Assembly (NCBI GenBank): GCA_030141605.1
Contig: JAQGDQ010000137.1
Span: 248,001 to 312,000 of the forward strand
Length of the DNA: 64,000 bases
Direction: 5' to 3'
From: Tubiluchus corallicola
Lineage: Eukaryota; Animalia; Priapulida
The translations under genes and the position numbers were made by a program. Below, in pieces: positions 25,801 to 38,103 of the stretch. The first letter of the stretch is position 1. Each line of letters starts with the position of its first letter. The notes under the pieces were generated by a model. The model had not been told where the DNA came from, searched no databases, and saw only the letters and a list, made by a program, of their open reading frames with translations.

Positions 25801-28800
25801 GTTGTGAAAACCTGCAGTGTTCTGTATCTTTCACAGTCTTTGCATGTTTAAATGCTAACGATGAGTGTTTAACGACTGTGTCGTGTTATGGGCGACTTTC
25901 CTGGCCCCATGCATAGAAAAGAGTTATTTTGGTGTAGTACCACTAATCAAACTCGGGCTGATTCAGGGTTAGGAAAAAATTCATTTAACTTTATCATATC
26001 ATGTCGAAAAAGGAATGTCGTGCTCAGGGGTGCAAAAAACGTGCACAGTTTGTGGCTTCACCTGTGAAACAAAAAATCAAAATTATCAAAAGAGTAGGGT
26101 GTCAGAAGTTTTCTTGCCCCCGTGCACCACAATCACTTGCTGCGCCACTCAGAACAGGATTGTCATTTTTTATTCCTTAAATCACATCCTCTGGCGTTTC
26201 TTTGCAGTTACGTAGCTGACAGACATAGCATGCAGACATTTCCTTTCGGTGCTAGACTGAATATTCGATGTAATACTAGCTACCACTTCCAGGTAATTTT
26301 TAAATCAACTTACTTACTGATATACCTAATACTCATTGCTCATGGTGTGCTCTCAGCGATTGAAGTAATACCGTAGCTAGTTGGTAAGTGGATGTGTGAC
26401 CACCTAGAGTAGAGAATTGGGCAGTTTCATCTGATACACCTGTCCAGGCTATTTACTTCATTGCGGAAGGATATTTTCAATTTCAAATGTGCATAATGCA
26501 CCTCTGATTGTGTTGTGCCTCATCGTAGAGGGTCATCTTTGATATAGAGATAAGTTCAGATTTCGTCACAACTCTCTATTTTAACTATGACTTGATGTGT
26601 TTCGGATATTGGCTTAAAGTACCAATATGATAAAAAGATTTTATTGTACGGACTACTATTTTCAATCAGTGACTAACTGCAGCACACATTTTAACTATTT
26701 ATTAATTAGAATTTATCTTTTTGTTTTTTTTATTTATTTTTTTGTATTTGTGCTTGGTGTAATGGAATATCACCATTGCATTTATATTTTGTTTTCTAAA
26801 TTTTAACTTTCCCCTCACTTGTTATTTCTATTAATTACTTTAGTTAAATTTGTATATGTGTATCCTTTAAGCATTGTATACGCGATTTTTAATGGAAGGG
26901 ATGCTTGAATTGATTCATAATCTAAATTGTTGAACTTTTTGTTAGTACTCAGAACTTATGGGAATGTTTACGTGCATTCACAAGCAATAATTTTGCAGGG
27001 AGTTGATCCTAATGTAATTCTAATGTCAGTCAAGTGTGATTCTAGAACAAGCAGTTGGATAACTGACGACGGGATGCAAATTCATTGTGCGGTTAGTTGA
27101 TTAAACTGAAAAGTTAATATGTATTTCTTTTATAAAGATTTTTATCAATACTAATGTTTTCATCGTTGTGCCATTTCAGTTTTAATTAATTATAATACCT
27201 AGATTTTAATATGATTAATGTTAGTATAAATTATTGTACTTTTGACGTAATGTAATTTAGGCTTTAGTGTTTTTCATAGCAATATCATTTAACTTTCAAA
27301 TTAGAAAATTTTAATAAACTTATTTTATGCATATGTAAGTATGTAAATGCAGTTACAGATTTGCTGTAATTTCAATGCATAATTGTTATTTGTGTGTCAA
27401 ATAATAAAAATTTTTACATTTGTTTATTACAGAATTCCTGTCAATTACCTGCAAAAAGAAGTTTTATTGATTATAATGTTACCGGTCATGTATCACTTGG
27501 AGAGGTACCTCCTGGTAGCTTGATTACTTATTTCTGCAAGAACGGATACAGGTAATTGATTAGATTTCAGGCTATATATTCACTTGCTTTTTAGTTTGTA
27601 TTTCCACTTGTTACTGAGGACGGATGATGAAACATCTTTAGTAAAGTTCATTTTAATGCTTGGGCTCTCTGATTTTAGGTTTACAAATTTAAGAAGTTTG
27701 GTTTTAGTTGGGTGTTTTCAGTTGATGTGTATCAGTTTTGTGTGCACTGACATTGTTTATATTGAATGAATTTATTAATATATATTATCTTCTTTCTATC
27801 ATACTCGATTAGTAATAATTTGAAGGGTGTATTTCTGTAGTTATGGCTTGAAGTCTGACAATGCTATAAGGGTGACTATACGGAAAAGAAGACACAGTAT
27901 GTCTTTAACTAAGGACTAATTAATATGTGTCTGGTTGAATGTGTGTCTGGACTGTGAGTGATGATTGGCTTCCCAAGTGCATAGATAATCAGTAATTACA
28001 TGGTTGGATTACATTATGTCAAAATAGCAGTGGTTTGTAAATACTGTCATCGTGCAGAAATGTGAAAAAATATGACATCCACGGGATTAGAAGCACCAAA
28101 GATTGGAAGGAATATTGGTATTTCCCTTTCTTTATCCTGCGGTAGCAAAGTCAGCTTATCTTTATTTTTCTGAACCTTGTAGGCATATTTCTGGAGTTAG
28201 GTCTGGGTTGTTGAGTTAGGTCACAGTTAGGTGCTGGGTTGGGTGGCTGAGTGGTTAAAATTTCAGACTGCAACTAGGCAGTCTGCAGTAGCATATACCC
28301 TGCATGTTATTCATTGTGTGTGTGTTGCGTCCTTACGTATATTGTTGTAAGGGTAAGTCGCTAAATAGCCGTATGGCTTAAAATGTTGTCTGTTAAATGA
28401 GTGACAGTAAATAAATTTTTGTTTTTGCCTTTTGTCTTTTAGGTTTGTTTTTAGGTGTTTTTTCAAATGTTACGGACTACTGAGTATATCATTTACCTTT
28501 TTTACTTTTCAGGTTTCAAAATGCTAGTTTAGGCACTTTGGTTTCTAGTACATGTCATAGTGGTATTGGCTGGTCCTTACCACCTCCTAGATGTGTAGCT
28601 GCTTGTGATCCTGCCCCAAGCATTGAGCATGGCAATGTGGTTTTGCATAATAGACGTGGAGAAAGGTAAAGCGTTTTTAATGTTGTTTATGTCACAGTGT
28701 CCTTGGGTCCTGTCTTAAAAAGAATGTTATAATGAAGCAATGACTCTGCAATGTTATCTTTAATAGAGAAAATAAAAACAGTAGCAATAAAACAACAATA

Positions 28801-29698
28801 CACCATCCATATACTGTTTTAGGATTGGTATTCTAATTTTAGTATGTATGTCTTTTATCTGTAAAAGTCATTAATATATTGCAAAATGAAATTTGAGTGG
28901 GTGTTTTTCTTGGACTTTTGGATGTTGTAGTTAATTTGATTCAGTTTTCAAGCTTGTTTCTTGTTACCGTTTCACTGTTGTTAAATTTTTACATGTAAAT
29001 TTAGAAGTTAATAAAATTTTTATTCCTTTCAGATTTTACTATGAATATTCTTGTAATTTTGGATACAGATTGAAAGGATTTAGCAGCTATAAATGTAAGC
29101 AAACTTACTGTTCTTATTGGTTTTTATTTATGGTACTACATAATGAAAGTGTGATAGTTTTCTAATATAAGCATTTTTTGCAAAATTTTACGTTAACTTG
29201 TAAATCACTTACTAGCTATACGAACAACTACTATATCACAAAAACGAGTTTCTAGTGTTAGTAAAAGTTACTTAAAACATCTAACATTCCAATGTTGTGC
29301 CAACTGCATTATCAGTCAACATGACCGAGCAGGCCTGAGATTTCCTCTTTACAGTGCTCAATCCAACAGCACCACCCATGACAGTACCCCTACTAATAAT
29401 AGCTGCCAGCTAATTTGAGAAAACCGTTGATACCACAAGTATCCCCCCAATACTTGTGGTATCAACGGTTTTCTCAAATTAGCTGGCAGCTAACGAATTA
29501 TCATTAATTAATTAGATTATGACTGTGATTGCCAGAACGTATATAAACCATTGAGGTTTTATTTTAACAATTATTGCTCAATGCGGGTAATGAATTGGAG
29601 AAAGAAAGGAGAGTTGAAAAATCGTGGGCTAGTCCATCCCGACTAGTCCACAACATTTAACATTGTTGTAATGTTTAGGCACGAAAATAATTTTTTAA

Positions 29699-29760
<62 letters not shown>

Positions 29761-32700
29761 GTATTTTCCCGTGTATAAGAGACCCTTGTGTATAAGAGAC
29801 CCCTTCAATTTTTAGGCAAAAATTCTGGAAAAAAGTTTTTTCAGACGGACATTTTTAGAGGGTAAAGTACAACTTTTTTCAACTCAGTGCGGTACTGAAA
29901 ACAAAATAAAACCAGTTAATGTGTTGTAGAAAAAGAGTACTGGTATATATTAAAGTGCGTACCTGCAAACCTGTAACAGGAAAAGAGAAAACGAGGAGAT
30001 AATGCCTGTGTCACGATGCTTGTATTGCTTACAACCGCTTCATAGTCGAACGCGACACGCAAAACAGTTGTAGAGCACTTATTTCTTTAAAATCATTAGT
30101 GTCACAATTTATGCATCTTATTGAAAAGACTTACTCCCATGTATAAGAGACCCCCTATTTTTAAAGTGAAAATTCTGAGCAAAAAAGGGTCTCTTATACA
30201 CGGGAAAATACGGTACATAATACTTCTGTTACAGGTTCATTGGGTAACAAGTGGAGTCCGGAGATTGTGCCGCCACTGTGCACAAAGAATTGGCAGACAA
30301 CAACTGAAGCCATGACTAGTCACACTTTAGCAGGGGTAGTTAAATGTAGTCCACTTGAAGATCCGGCACATGGTTACTATGAACCGAGCAAGTTGCACTA
30401 TTATAGTGCCGATAAGGTATGTTTACTTAGAAGCTGTTGTTTATGAATTTACTTATTATTTGTTTTATTGCTTGACCAAAGTACTATTAGCATGATCTGT
30501 TAGTAGCAAAGTTTGTAAGTTTAAGTTCTTGAAACATTTGTATGCACAAAAAAGTAGTGATGTAGTAAGTTCTTACATCTGTATTTTTGCTGCGTTATGT
30601 GGATTACAAAGTAAATATTATTATTAAATTGAAGGTGCAGTATAAACAAGAATTTAATTATGTATCTTGGTACTGGTCAGGAATTTACTGACCAGATCTG
30701 GAGCAAGCATTTGGCTGTGTCATTGTCTGACTGATGTAGTGATGTAACAATGGCCTCTGTGTGACCCACTGTTTACCTTAGATAATAGCACAGAAGTCCA
30801 GTATCTTTGATAACTGTGACTGGACTAGGTTAGCTTAGCAGGCATTTCAATTAACTGTTGTGTCCTAATAATGATATAATGCAGTTGATAAAGACAAGGA
30901 CTATTTGAATCTAAGAAGTTTGCCTAGATAAAATTTGTACAAATTGTTTAGATTAGGAAAAATTTAAATTTAACTAATTTAATTATGATTTAAAACAATA
31001 AGTTTGGTAAAAAATGAAAACTGCCCTGCTACATTCAACAGATCTCGGTTAACTGCATGATAAAGTAATAACCACACATCACTTATCAAAAGTTTTGATA
31101 AACAGAAATTAAATTTTAGTAAGACTTTTGCTTTGCCAAAATGTATTAATTCTTTTCTGCACATTGTTTTTTAATTGCTTAAATGAATATCGACAGTCCA
31201 TGTGTAAAGGATATTACCGCTGATACACCGTATAATTTTGATAGTAAGTTTATGCTGTTGGTATATTTACTATTGATCTTGTTGGGGTGTTGAGACACTT
31301 GTTCGAATAAGCATATGCTTACAAAATTTAATACAACCAAGTCAAGTTTTTAACATATTCTTGAAACTTTGGAAATAGTAATGTCCCGTGTTTTGTATTT
31401 TACCGAGATGATAAAAGCTTAATCTTTCATCGTTCTTACTTAAGTACTAATTTTATTTACGAAATAGCAGATATATTTTATTATATGTTTGGTACGCTGC
31501 TAAAAGCTAAAGAGTTTGGCATTTTTGTAGGTTACGTTGACATGTGAACTGGGTTACACTGTATTGGGAGATAAAGAACAATGGTGCTTGCCTGTAGATG
31601 CCGGTTACACTGGTATATGGAGCGGCGACTCAGAGACTACGTGCATACTGCAGTCAAATTGTTCACGTCCAACAACCATTGATCATGGTTGGCACATAAC
31701 GGGTACAGATCAGCATGGTCATGAGGTGGTGCAATATTTTTGTAGTGACGGGTAGGTGCTGTGCAGTTACACCGCTTTAATAAATTGAGTTTTCGCAGTT
31801 TCACTGTTTACCTGATTGTTAGTCATTTAGTGTGTTTTATTGTAAAGTAAAAGTGCTTTAATTAGGTATCTGTTAAAATTTTAGTCTTGAAGCTGGAAAG
31901 GTTGCGTGTAAGACCTTAATTAAGTAATTTTAACATTTTGTGAGAATTTTATTCTTGCCTAATTGCATTTTGTCAGTTTTGTATAAAACGTCTGTAGCAT
32001 ACACTATACAGTTTCTACTTCTTTTAAATGGCCGCGGTTTAGAAAAAACTGAAATTTCTAAATATGTGTTGAAAATTCGAAAATTTGTAGTCTATTTAAA
32101 TAAAATTCTTTGAGTTGTACTTTTGCACTTTTGAAAAAAGCTCCATGTTTTGGTGAAATTTTTGTGTACATTAATTATGAAGTTATTTAAAGCACAAGAA
32201 AATTCTCTTCATAAATAATGCTGAAAAATTTGTCTTGAAATTTTATATCATTATTGCCTTATTGCAAACAAAGCTTACATTAGTTGCAACCCTATATAAA
32301 ACTTGTAAATTTGATCTCATATTATGACCATTTGAAATAAGTTTAAATTACATTGCATAAAATTTGAAAAAATAATCAGAGCATTCGTAGCACACTCTTC
32401 GTTAACTAGGCAAAAGTGTAAATTACTTCATGTGTTAAGAACATCATTAATGTGTTTTTTTGGTGACTCAGTGGTGCACACTGTGATAGTGATTCTGATG
32501 TTCTACCAGGTGGCACAAACATAAATTATTAAGAATGTTCTTTTCCGATTACAGAATTCTTTGAAACAAATAAGCATAATGGTAATAATGGTAAAGGTAC
32601 GTAATACCTTTATATGGAATGTTCTTTGGAATATGTTTTAAAACTCCCTTGTTTCCCTTTAACAGGTGTATCCTACTTGTCCCAGTATCTTTAATGTATT

Positions 32701-34438
32701 GTCAATCAAACTTTTTAAATTGTGCAACGTATTATCTTGTTACATATTGTGTAACAAGAGAATGTATGTAATCATGTCTTTTATTTTGTGCAACTAAAAG
32801 ATAAGTTGTATATAATGTTATTAGCGATGGTGACCGTTTGCTTGTGGGGTTGTGTGAGGGGTACAAAATAATGTACATTGCATTGACTTGAAAGGTTTGA
32901 CAGATGTGTTGATAGTGTGCTATTATATTACTTTATACTGTTGCACTAATACATACATTAATCAGAGTTTTTTACACTTTGTTTACTTGTTTCACACAGC
33001 TATGATCTGGTCGGACAGCAGGCACGTTCTTGCTTCAGTGATCACTGGAGTGGTCCTGAGCCTTACTGTCAACGTAGCAGCTACAGCTGGTTCTCTAGCA
33101 ATGTCATCAATAAAACTTTAGTCATTTCTATCACAACCAGTGTTGTCATATTGCTCTTCTTCGTTATTATCATGAGTGCTGTGCAGCGTAGATGTGGTCG
33201 GGTAAGTATCGTTTTGTCTCATTATTCGAAAGTTTGTACCAGTTTTTCAGGTTTTGACAAGTCTGATTAGGCTTTGCTAAAATTGGAATACTTTATAATT
33301 AGTTGATAATATTATCTATACTAATAATTTATGCTATTTTTTGGCAAAACACAGATGTTATTAGGCTTACTGCAGTGACAGTTAGTCGGATGAACCTCAT
33401 TTTTACTATATTTCGTTTGAGTTTTAATTATTTGATTATATGGCTTCACTTCTTTAAACAGCATTTAATTTTATGCTTGTTTTTTCGCATTAGGCTTTGC
33501 GTCGATCCATTTATCCACCAAGACATCGTCGGTGTCTCCCTCTATCAGACGACATAGAAGACGATGTCAGCACTTTGATGGCAATTCAGGGCTGTCCACC
33601 AAGTTATACTGATGCAATGGATAATCCAATTTGTCCTCCAGGTTCATTTTTAATTCATTTTCTTTCTTTATTTTGTTCACTAAAGTTCTACGAACATGCT
33701 TTGGCCTTCATTGATTTTGCTTACTGTACTATTACTGGAACCTATGGGGAAATATGCATTACAAATGTTGCACCACTGAAATATTATAAATTTATAAGTA
33801 AGGTGTTAAAAACTGATGGCTAAAATTTAGCTGAAAATTTCAGTTGCTATATACAGTCAGTAAATGTTTTTGGCATGCTTTAGAAGTTTTCAATTATGTG
33901 CGTATCTATTTATGGAGATAAGCTGTGGAGTACTTGAACATAAGTTGGAAATAAGTATTGAGTTATAGGCTGTGGAGTACTTGAACATAAGTTGGAAATA
34001 AGTATTGAGTTATAGGCTGTGGAGTACTTGAACATAAGTTGGAAATAAGTATTGAGTTATTTAAGGTGTTATCACTGGATGGTGTCCTAATCTAAATTAT
34101 TATTAATTATTATTATAATTAATTAATTAATTACATATTTAACTCTGAAATCTTATGCTAGTAGTAAAATTAGCGTTTCCGAAATTTAAGAGATATTTCC
34201 TCAATTTTCATTTGTTCATCCTTTTATACTGTCACTTTTCTACATCACTTTTAACTACATGTTTTCAGACGAAGTACCAAGCTATGCACAAGCGGTGGGT
34301 GCTGAGAGTCTGCCTATGAACTTTGACCCCGAATCACCTGCACCGTCTTACGAGGACGTCGTTTGTCACGTGCCGTCTTCAGGTGATCCAAATCCTAGCT
34401 GTAATAGTAATGAGGATGAACCTCTTTTAGTAGTTTAG
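22859..34438 (+). CDS. Sushi/CCP-domain type I membrane protein (signal peptide, 6 CCP, TM, cytoplasmic PY-like and dileucine motifs), 646 aa; SUSD4/SUSD6-like architecture
   Basis: 14 coding exons: 22859-23043, 23285-23334, 24126-24234, 24834-24995, 26208-26292, 26999-27091, 27433-27551, 28513-28665, 29033-29094, 30235-30416, 31531-31751, 33000-33201, 33494-33641, 34269-34438. Total 1941 nt, open frame, all GT-AG. Repeated C-x-x-P...(H/N)G...C-x-x-G-Y...C...W...C pattern; TM LVISITTSVVILLFFVIIMSAV followed by QRR; tail PPSY, VPSY, APSY, EDEPLLVV*. Probable non-coding first exon ends at donor GTGAGT 21677. Confidence 0.88.
23590..24105. repeat. Long imperfect inverted repeat (~230-bp arms), possibly Penelope-like terminal-repeat relic
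   Basis: Arms ~23590-23820 and ~23880-24105 are reverse complements with scattered mismatches; each carries a hammerhead-like 31-nt core. Confidence 0.8.
25373..26150. mobile_element. hAT-type non-autonomous element containing a minisatellite
   Basis: TIRs CAGAGGCATAGCAA / TTGCTGCGCCACTC; 8-bp flanks AAAACAGG and AGAACAGG (7/8). Confidence 0.72.
25657..25826. repeat. ~41-bp minisatellite, 4 copies
   Basis: Unit TTCTCTTAATGCAAATTGTATTATTGTGAAAACCTGCAGTG. Confidence 0.93.
29400..29492. repeat. Perfect 43-bp inverted repeat with 7-nt loop
   Basis: TAGCTGCCAGCTAATTTGAGAAAACCGTTGATACCACAAGTAT-CCCCCCA-exact reverse complement. Confidence 0.97.
29703..29758. repeat. (TA)n microsatellite
   Basis: Pure TA run abutting MITE copy 2. 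Confidence 0.97.
29759..30213 (-). mobile_element. 455-bp Tc2/pogo-type MITE, copy 2
   Basis: Reverse complement of 18113-18567 with two substitutions seen by eye; flanked by TA, left side abuts (TA)n. Confidence 0.93.
33922..34060. repeat. 47-bp minisatellite, ~3 identical copies
   Basis: Unit GCTGTGGAGTACTTGAACATAAGTTGGAAATAAGTATTGAGTTATAG. Confidence 0.95.
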
Positions 34439-37080
34439 TAAGAAGTGAAGTCATTGATGAATAGAATGAAATTATGGTAGTTTTTATCTCATAAAAGACG
34501 TGTGATAACTAGGAAAAAATTTATAGCTTATAAAAAATTCTCGTTTTCGTGATGTGAATAAATGTAGTTTTTTGTTTGTAAAGTAGTTTGAAAAGTATGG
34601 TATTCTTTTGTTTTCTCTGTTACGTAAAGTATTTCGAGGAAGCTTAGACCACATTAATTAGTGTCTAATTTTTCATCTTAATTGTTTTTTTCTTACTAAT
34701 ATTAGCCATAAAAACGAATGATCAAGCGGTTTAAGAACTTCATGATTAGGTATTGTGCCACTGAAATAATTAATTTCCTGACTAGCCGTTACGGTATTTC
34801 ACCAGTGGAATAATTAATTATGTATAATGTACATCTCTTTTATCTGTCTAGTACTAACAGATCTGTCTGTGACAAATCTTGGAAGTATTTTAATTAAAAA
34901 CCCACTTAAAAGATAAGTAAACCAGTGAATCAATTTAATAATGCAACTATTTTTATGTGGGCAATGTACAGCTCATGAGTGCATTGAAGTGTTAAATTAT
35001 TGTAGTGGTCTGTGAAGCTTAATGCATTGATTCTTTCTGTTTAAATTAGTTAGATGATAAGATTCTCTCTCGTCATTTAGAATTGCTTTTTGTATACTTT
35101 CTGTATGAAATGTAAGTTATATAGTTGCCTGGTTGATATAGTGACTTTCAATTTTCAGCCAGGATAATATAGTATTTGTGTGGTTAGAGCAAAGGTCAAA
35201 CATGAGAGTTAGTTTTGTTTATTAAGCCGAATCATATCGTTTTGTAGTATGCATATAATTAATTATATTTGTCTCACTCATATAACAGTTTACAACCAGT
35301 ATTAGAATAAAGGCAATTTTCAGATTTCCCAAGCCATAACGTTGTCCATATTTCATAAGCGGAAAGGTCTTACTGCTTAATAACGATTTCAGCAGTAACT
35401 TGTTGCTGTCCTGTACTTATAATTTTGTGCAGTTATTCGTTAATCAGATGTAAATGCTGTAATTGTTAATTAGGCACTAAAGCATACTAACAAATTATAA
35501 ATATTTGCCATGATATTATTTTTAGTATTTTAACTCGCTTCTGTGTTAAAAAAGGATTAAAAAAGATGAAAACTTTATTTGTATATCAGTGATGTTGCAT
35601 TCTGTGTAAATTTTTGTAGACTGCTGAGAACAAGTCATTTGCGTTCTGCAATAAATTAGTTCATATTTTGTTCAAGTTAATTAACATCTTACATGTCTTG
35701 ACCCAATCTCGCAAAAGTGGCTTCTGTTCTAAATACTTGTGAAAAGTACAGTACTGAGTTAGATTGTGTTTAGGTAACTATTAACTTGTTTGTGAATGAG
35801 TATGAAGCTGAGGTTGCTATTGCTAATTGTTATTAATCTTGTCTATTAAAACTTCTGTACTCTTCATGCCATTAAGCCGGAGTGGCTTTATTCCGATTCT
35901 ATTGACATAGTTGCAATTGACATCAATTGTAATTCTTTGTTTGTTTGGTGTTGTTGTGAGACTTCAGTAATCGTTATCGGGTAAGGGTTGCACAACGCAT
36001 TCAGAATTGTGGCCCTGTAAGCATTAAGCCTAGACTCCTCATATACATATTGGGTGCGCTAGTAAGCAACATGTCTGTTTTATTACAAACAGCTCTTATG
36101 CGTATTAAAGGAAAAGTGGACGTTTTTTTGGACCAAGCCTAATAGGATCTACTGTCTAAAATATTATTATATATAATGTATAATAATTATGGAAATTATA
36201 AGCAGATACTAGCTTAGACAGCTGATTAGCAGCCTGCCTGCAATGACGTCATTGTTTGGTATAATTTTTCAATGGCAGAAATCTTCCATGAATGTCTCTC
36301 AGTCTCATGCACGTTTGTAAAAGAAGGAGCTGAATCTTTGAATGTTTACATATGCATGGAGTTTATTATTTCAATTTAAATGGCTGTTAATCATAATTTT
36401 TTGTACATTTTAAAACTGTAGTAAAACTTTTCGCTTGTATTAGTCAGATTTTTTCCACATTTATAGCATTAATCATTGATAGCTTTATTTTAGTAGCTGA
36501 AAGCCTGCAGTATGATATTACATAATTGTTGTAACTGTTTATCACTTTACAGATTTATAATCCTGCTTAATTCAGTTTAGCAATCTTGACTGATGGATAT
36601 GTTATTTTAATAGCTATAAGTCGTCACTAAATGTCAGTGTTTTAGGTGCAGTAGTTAAAAAGGTCAATTAGAAAATTATTGTATTACTGGGTGATGTATT
36701 TGAGAACTGCATTGGTATTCAAATTTCTTGACATCTAAACCATTCGTACTGTAAGCCTAGGAAATGACATTAAATTCCCAAACTCATTGCTCTGGTAGTA
36801 ATACGATGGTAATATGATTCTAAAGTACTGTACTTTTAGTGATTACTTTAAGTCATCTGTGATATAAATTAATAATAAAATATTCAGCCTCTTTAAGCAG
36901 AATTATCGTGTTTTTGAATCCTTACCATTGGATGTATCTTATGTAAAATCCTGGTATAGTTGTCTGTTTGTAAGGGATACCGCCCATAACCCCGTAAAAA
37001 TAGAGAAATAGACAACTATGCCCGAAGATCCATAGATCGCATGTTTTCATTGTTGTAGCAAATATACCTTACACACAGGC

Positions 37081-37785
37081 CTTATAATTTTATGGGTATA
37101 AATGTGGCAACAAGGTGCACAATCTTTTATGCTTCTCTTTTCAGTTCTTAGTTTTGAGATTTTCTCATTAAAAATCATTTTGTGTTATATGATGTAAATG
37201 TATTGCGGCCTAATTTAGGCTGAACATAGATCTAATATTTTCATGTATATAAAAGTGGTATTATGACTCGTATACAAGGAGCAAAAGCTTTGTGCTGCTT
37301 CATTCTTAATTCTAATTCTTGTATTGTTTCAATCGTCATTGAGAATTATTTTCGTGTTATACGTTCTACATGTATACATTCTGGCGTATTTTTGACTGAA
37401 CAGTGAACACAAACCTTATAATTTTGTGCACATAATTGATCACAGAACTAAAAACTGGATGCAGAAGCACAAAGCTTGAATGTATGCATGTAGACCATGT
37501 AACACGAAAATAATTCTCAATGACAATTGAAACAGTAAAATAAACACAAAATGAAGAAAGAAGAAGCACAAAGCTTTTGCCCTTTGCATACCAGTCATAA
37601 TACAACGTTTGTACACACGAAAGTATTAGGTCTGCGTTCATCTTAAATTAGGCTGGAATACGTGTAGTATATACAACAGCAAGATGATTGTTAATGAAAA
37701 ACACAAACAACAAAAATCACATAATTAAGAACTGAAAGAAGCACAAAGATTTTGCTTCTTGATATCGCACACATAAAATTATAAG
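37081..37785. repeat. Foldback element, ~300-bp imperfect arms
   Basis: Arms 37081-37380 and 37479-37785, e.g. GTCATTGAGAATTATTTTCGTGTTA vs TAACACGAAAATAATTCTCAATGAC. Confidence 0.85.
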
Positions 37786-37859
37786 TGAAGACAAATAATA
37801 TAAATGTACAAAAATCACTAAAAGTAATTCGTGTGAGGAGGGTTACAATAATATAATAA

Positions 37860-38103
37860 TGATCCTTATTTAAAGTCGGCTTTCCGGTTGAACAATTAAC
37901 ATAATTCCAAAGAGCTTTTGGACCGACTGTAAATATCAGCCTACTTAACAGAGACTATTATTACCCCTCTTATACTCTAAATACCATGCGCTAGGCAAGA
38001 CAACAACAGGTACCATTTAAAATCTGGTATGACCGGCCACGGTGCCCAAATGACGACCTCCCAGATGGAAAGCGAACGCGTTGCCACTAGACCAAACTGT
38101 CTG
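37860..38103 (-). mobile_element. tRNA-derived SINE
   Basis: Minus strand reads TGGTCTAGTGG (A box), decayed B box, then CGGTCATACCAGATTTTAAATGGTACCTGTTG, resembling a conserved SINE central domain (Meta-type from recall, unverified). Confidence 0.6.

Noticed and set aside
32503-32516. CTCF-like motif CTACCAGGTGGCAC
   Set aside because: A single near-match in 64 kb could be chance; no supporting context.
33922-34060. CRISPR-like arrays (also 25657-25826, 44553-44712)
   Set aside because: Head-to-tail units with no unique spacers, no cas genes, and a eukaryotic intronic context.
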